Source: the human T2T-CHM13v2.0 reference genome, Homo sapiens
Reading direction: 5' to 3' (one strand)
Length of the DNA: 64,000 bases
Assembly (NCBI RefSeq): GCF_009914755.1
Contig: NC_060926.1
A program made the translations under genes and the position numbers. The notes below the pieces were generated by a model, which worked only from the letters and a program-made list of their open reading frames with translations, had not been told where the DNA came from and did no database searches. How positions within the stretch are numbered: position 1 is the first letter of the stretch; the number at the start of each line of letters is the position of its first letter. This document shows, piece after piece, positions 60,098 to 64,000 of this stretch.

Positions 60098-61560
60098 AAT
60101 TCATTCAAAAAATTTACCGAGTATTTCTGTGCTGGGCACTATAGATACACATGAAACATGAGTAGGAGCCTGCCAGGTGGACAAATTAGGGAGAGTATTC
60201 TAAACTGGAGGTACATCATGTGCAAAGGCCCTGAGGCATGAAAGAATAGGACCTGTTTTGGAGCTACAAGTACTGTGCAGCACAGTGCTACAGCATCTGG
60301 TGAGCAGGTGATTTAAGATGAAATCAAGTAGACAGGTAGGTGGCAGGCAAGACCATTTGTATATATCATGCAAAGGAGTTAACATTTTATCATTCTGGCA
60401 GTGTGCATCTGCTGAAGAATTTTGAGGAAGAAAACCATGAGGTCATATTTTTATGTTATAAAGAAATTCCAGCTACCAAGTACAAGAGGGATTAGAGGGG
60501 TATAAGGTAGAGGGAAGGAGAAAAACAAGAAGGACATTGGAGTAGTATGGGTATGAGATGATGAGTAACTGGACTAGGATGTGAAAGAGGGGACAGGTTA
60601 TGAGTAGGGGATTTAGGAAGTAGAACTGAGAAGACTTGATACTTGATTGGTGTATTAGTTTTCTATTACCGTCATAACAAATCACCACAAACTTAGAGGC
60701 TGAAAACAACACAAATTTGTTATCTTATGGTTCTTTAAGTTAGAGTCTGCCATGGGTCTCAGTGGGCTAAAATCAAGGTGTCAGTAGGGCTGTACTCCTT
60801 TCTTAAGGCTGAGGGGAAATTTATTTTCTGGGTCATTCAGGTTATTAGCAGAATTCATTTCCTTGCATCTGTAGAATTGAGGATCTCATTTCTTTGCTAG
60901 ATATCGGCTGAGGCCCGTTTCCATCTTCCAGATGCTGCCTGCATTCCTTGGCTCATGGCCACTTCCTCCATTTTCAAAGGCAGCAATGACGGGTTAAGTC
61001 CCTTTCATACGTTGAATCTCTCCTGCCTCTTCTTTTTTCTTTCTGCCTCCCTCTTCCACTTTAAAAGACTCATGTGATTAAGTTGGGTCCATCCAGGTAA
61101 TCCAAGACAACCTCCCCGTCTCTAGGACCTTTACCTTAATTACATAAATAAAGTCCCTTTGCCATATGAAGTAGCATATTAATAGGTTCTGAGGATTAGA
61201 ATGTGGACATCTTTGAGGGAGCCATTATTCTGCCTGCTTTAATTGGATATGGGGTTAAGGGAGAATGTAGAATCCAGGTTTCTGACTTCAACAACCGGGT
61301 GGGATGCAGCCTTAAGAAAGGAAGATGTTTGGTTTTGAACATGTTGACCTTAAGATGTCTCTGGGAAATCAAAATGCAACCATCTAGTAAGTAGTCAGAT
61401 GCACCAGCTAAAAGGCAGACAAGAAATCAAGGCATGTTAGGAAGCTGTCAACATACAGTAAGCCCTCAGTGAATGCATGGAATGGGAAGAGAATAGGGAG
61501 AAAAACAGGATTCTGGGATCAATAATGTTTTAGCTGCAACAGAGAGAGGAGCACTCACAA
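60098..61560 (-). mobile_element. L2 interrupted by an MLT1 LTR
   Basis: L2 3' end 'ttcattcaaaaaatttaccgag...gctgggcact' and 'gtgcaaaggccctgaggca'. L2 resumes after 61246. Confidence 0.8.
60651..61241 (-). mobile_element. MLT1D/E-like MaLR solo LTR
   Basis: 'tgtattagttttctatt...gggctaaaatcaaggtgtcag...gccattattctgcct'. TSD attgg at 60646-60650 and 61242-61246. Confidence 0.9.
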
Positions 61561-63019
61561 ATGAAACAAAAGAATAACCTACATGGTTTCCCTTCACTGG
61601 TGTTCTTTCTGGGTTGTGAGAGAATTAGAATTTATATTGCCAGTCCAAACAAAGTATTGCGAAGTCTTCAAATTCATTGGGTTTTCATTATATCAGATAA
61701 TAATCTTTCACAAGATCTTGCTTTACTGAACCAAAGTAGGATGAACTCCAGGAAAGGCAGGACATTTACAGGATCAAATGAGGTTCTCTTAACCAACTTG
61801 CTATGATGCTGGGCTTCAAAGAAGATGTTTCCTTGTGTGGTGTTTATGTGAAGCCATAGAGGGTTGGTGGTGACCTGGGTGAGTGGTGGTTTGCTGCCAT
61901 TCTCCTCAGGCCAACAACTAAACAATACCCCTTTGCATATTTCCTGCTGAGAAAGAGACTGAAAACAGGAGGGTACATTGTTCTCTATACTAAAGTGGAT
62001 ATTCACCATCCATTTCATATTGGACCCTTGCCAGGTCACTCTCTACTTATAGAAGAGAGATGCCCTTTCCCTGCTGGGCTGGCCAGTGTTGAGCCTACTA
62101 GTGTCATTTCAGTCAAATCTACTCAGTCTCTCTACAAATGACTTAGTCATGGTGAACTGCTTTGGGGGTGAATGAAGTCTATTAGACAGTAGATTGCTTA
62201 AGCAGCTCTTCTCTGTGGGACTGACCTTAGAACAGAATGATCAGGAAACCTGAGAAGATCAAGGAAAGTGCAAATCCTGGATACGGCTGTAGAGATGATC
62301 TAGGATAACGGACTCACTGAAAGATATAGCACCAAAGCTGCCCACAGAGGTGAGCTGGCAGGGCATGTAAAACCTCAGATAGCCACAGGCAGTAAGAACT
62401 GCTCAGTCAAACTAGGACTGAAGCTGAACTTATGTGATGGTGGTACTAGGGAAAGATGAAGGCATATGTTGTTGAATGGAGTGAATGAGATAAAGATGCA
62501 GCCTCCTCCTTTGTCTCTGATCCAGCAGAAGGGGGAAAAAAATTTAACTGCTATTCTTTCTGGGTAATACACAGATAATTTATAGGTTTTTGAATTATAA
62601 GATATGAAGGGTAACTAAATTCGTATGCAGAACAGATAAATCATCTCCTTCCTCTAATCATTCTTCCTTCTCATCTTATCCTTCCCCCCTGCTCTCTCTT
62701 CAGATCCAAAAGATCATATATAGTCTAGCCTCAACAAATTAGGTTTTTTGGACATACTATGCTTTTTTACATCCTTGTGTCTTGGTACGTATTGTTTTCT
62801 GAGCCTAAAATGGCTTCACTCTCCTTCTCTATCTTGAAAAATCCAATCTAATTTTCAGAAGCCAGCTCAAGTTTATCTTCTATAAAGTCTTTTGAGACTC
62901 CCTAGATTGAGTAAGCAGCATCTTAATTATTCTACCCACATATGGTGCTTGTGCTTCTAGTATATCACTTACCATATTATGTTCTAATCATATGGTAGGA
63001 AAATACTCGGAAAGGTTAT

Positions 63020-63500
63020 CTGACTGAGGATTAGACTCAGCTGCATGTACCAGTGGCTTGAAGAAGATGGAAGTTTATTTCTCTCTCTTAGTAAGGAAGA
63101 TTAGGGGGAAGCAGACTAGAGCTGGTCTGGCAGCTTTGCAATGTCATAATGAATCCAGTTTTCTGTCTGTTTGCTTTGTCGTATTCAGCTCATAGTTTTC
63201 ACTTTCAAGTTCATCTGATGTCCACAATGGCTGCTCAAGCTCTAGCCATCATACCCATGCTCTAAAAAGAAAGAAGGGGGAAGGAGAAGAATGGCATGTC
63301 TCCCCTCTTTTAAGGAGACTTTCTGGAAATACCATATAATACTTCTATTTATATATCATTGACTAGAACTTGATCACAGAACCACATCTAGCCGTAAGGA
63401 ACTCAAGAAATTGTAATCTTTATTACGGCAGCAGTATGCTGAAATAAAAATTGTACTATAAGAAATGAGAAGATAATGGATATCGAGGGGCAAATTGCGA
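63020..63500 (-). mobile_element. MLT1K/J-like MaLR LTR
   Basis: 'cagtggcttgaagaagatggaagtttatttctctct...atggctgctcaagctctagccatca...ccacatctagc'. Confidence 0.7.
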
Positions 63501-64000
63501 TCACATTATCTGATGTATATTTATTTCTGGTAATTCTTGCTGCTTCCCATTCCTCTGCCTATTGAATCTGAGCAATCCATGGCTTTAGGAAGCAGTTAGA
63601 ATCAAGGTAAAATCAAGGATCACATATGATGGCTTTAAAATTTACAGCCATAATTCATGTGTGCAGAACTGTCACTTTCTTCATTTTCTGAACTTGAGTT
63701 GCCGACAAGCCCTTATTTCCATGTATTGCTAGAAAAAAGTCTCATCAATTAAAGGTAATATAGTCACTTCTGTTTTGAAATCAGATCTCTTCGTGGTATT
63801 CAAGCAAATCAGGGCTCTTACCCCATCCCCACCCCTCTTTTTTTTTGCCCTCTCACCAAGAGGTTGTCTGCTTACCTAAAGTTCTTTCTGCCATTCTCTC
63901 ATTCTCTCGGACATCCAATTATTAGGTATGGTATATGTCTGTCTCCTTCTCTACCCAGGAACTTCACGGAGTCTGGGACATTGTTTTGACTGTCTGACTT

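Noticed and set aside
63935-64000. Good plus-strand acceptor (ccttctctacccag|GAAC) at the window edge; similar isolated acceptors near 28878, 37791, 45089 and 46746
   Set aside because: Isolated splice-like motifs are common, and there is no paired donor or coding signal to support an exon.

Overview
This is AT-rich, CpG-depleted, repeat-dense primate (human-like) genomic DNA. It is either intronic or intergenic, and I cannot name the locus. I found no supportable protein-coding gene, RNA gene, CpG island or CRISPR array. The ORF track is explained by decayed L1 ORF1/ORF2, antisense Alu frames and chance ORFs. A large fraction of the window is transposon-derived: nested L1s (mostly on the minus strand), about a dozen Alus, MaLR/ERV solo LTRs, MIR, L2 and DNA transposon MITEs. 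Repeat subfamily names come from my recollection of consensus sequences, not from a database search. I see no evidence of a novel multi-gene system. The best leads are: (1) a perfect two-half-site p53-family response element at 50798-50818, about 600 bp from a perfect RFX X-box; (2) a TSD-bounded L1 with a large internal deletion that hosts a twin-primed, 5'-inverted younger L1; (3) a full-length ancient L1 with intact TSDs; (4) a cluster of splice signals at about 30.9-31.1 kb; (5) several small repair scars (inversions and templated duplications).
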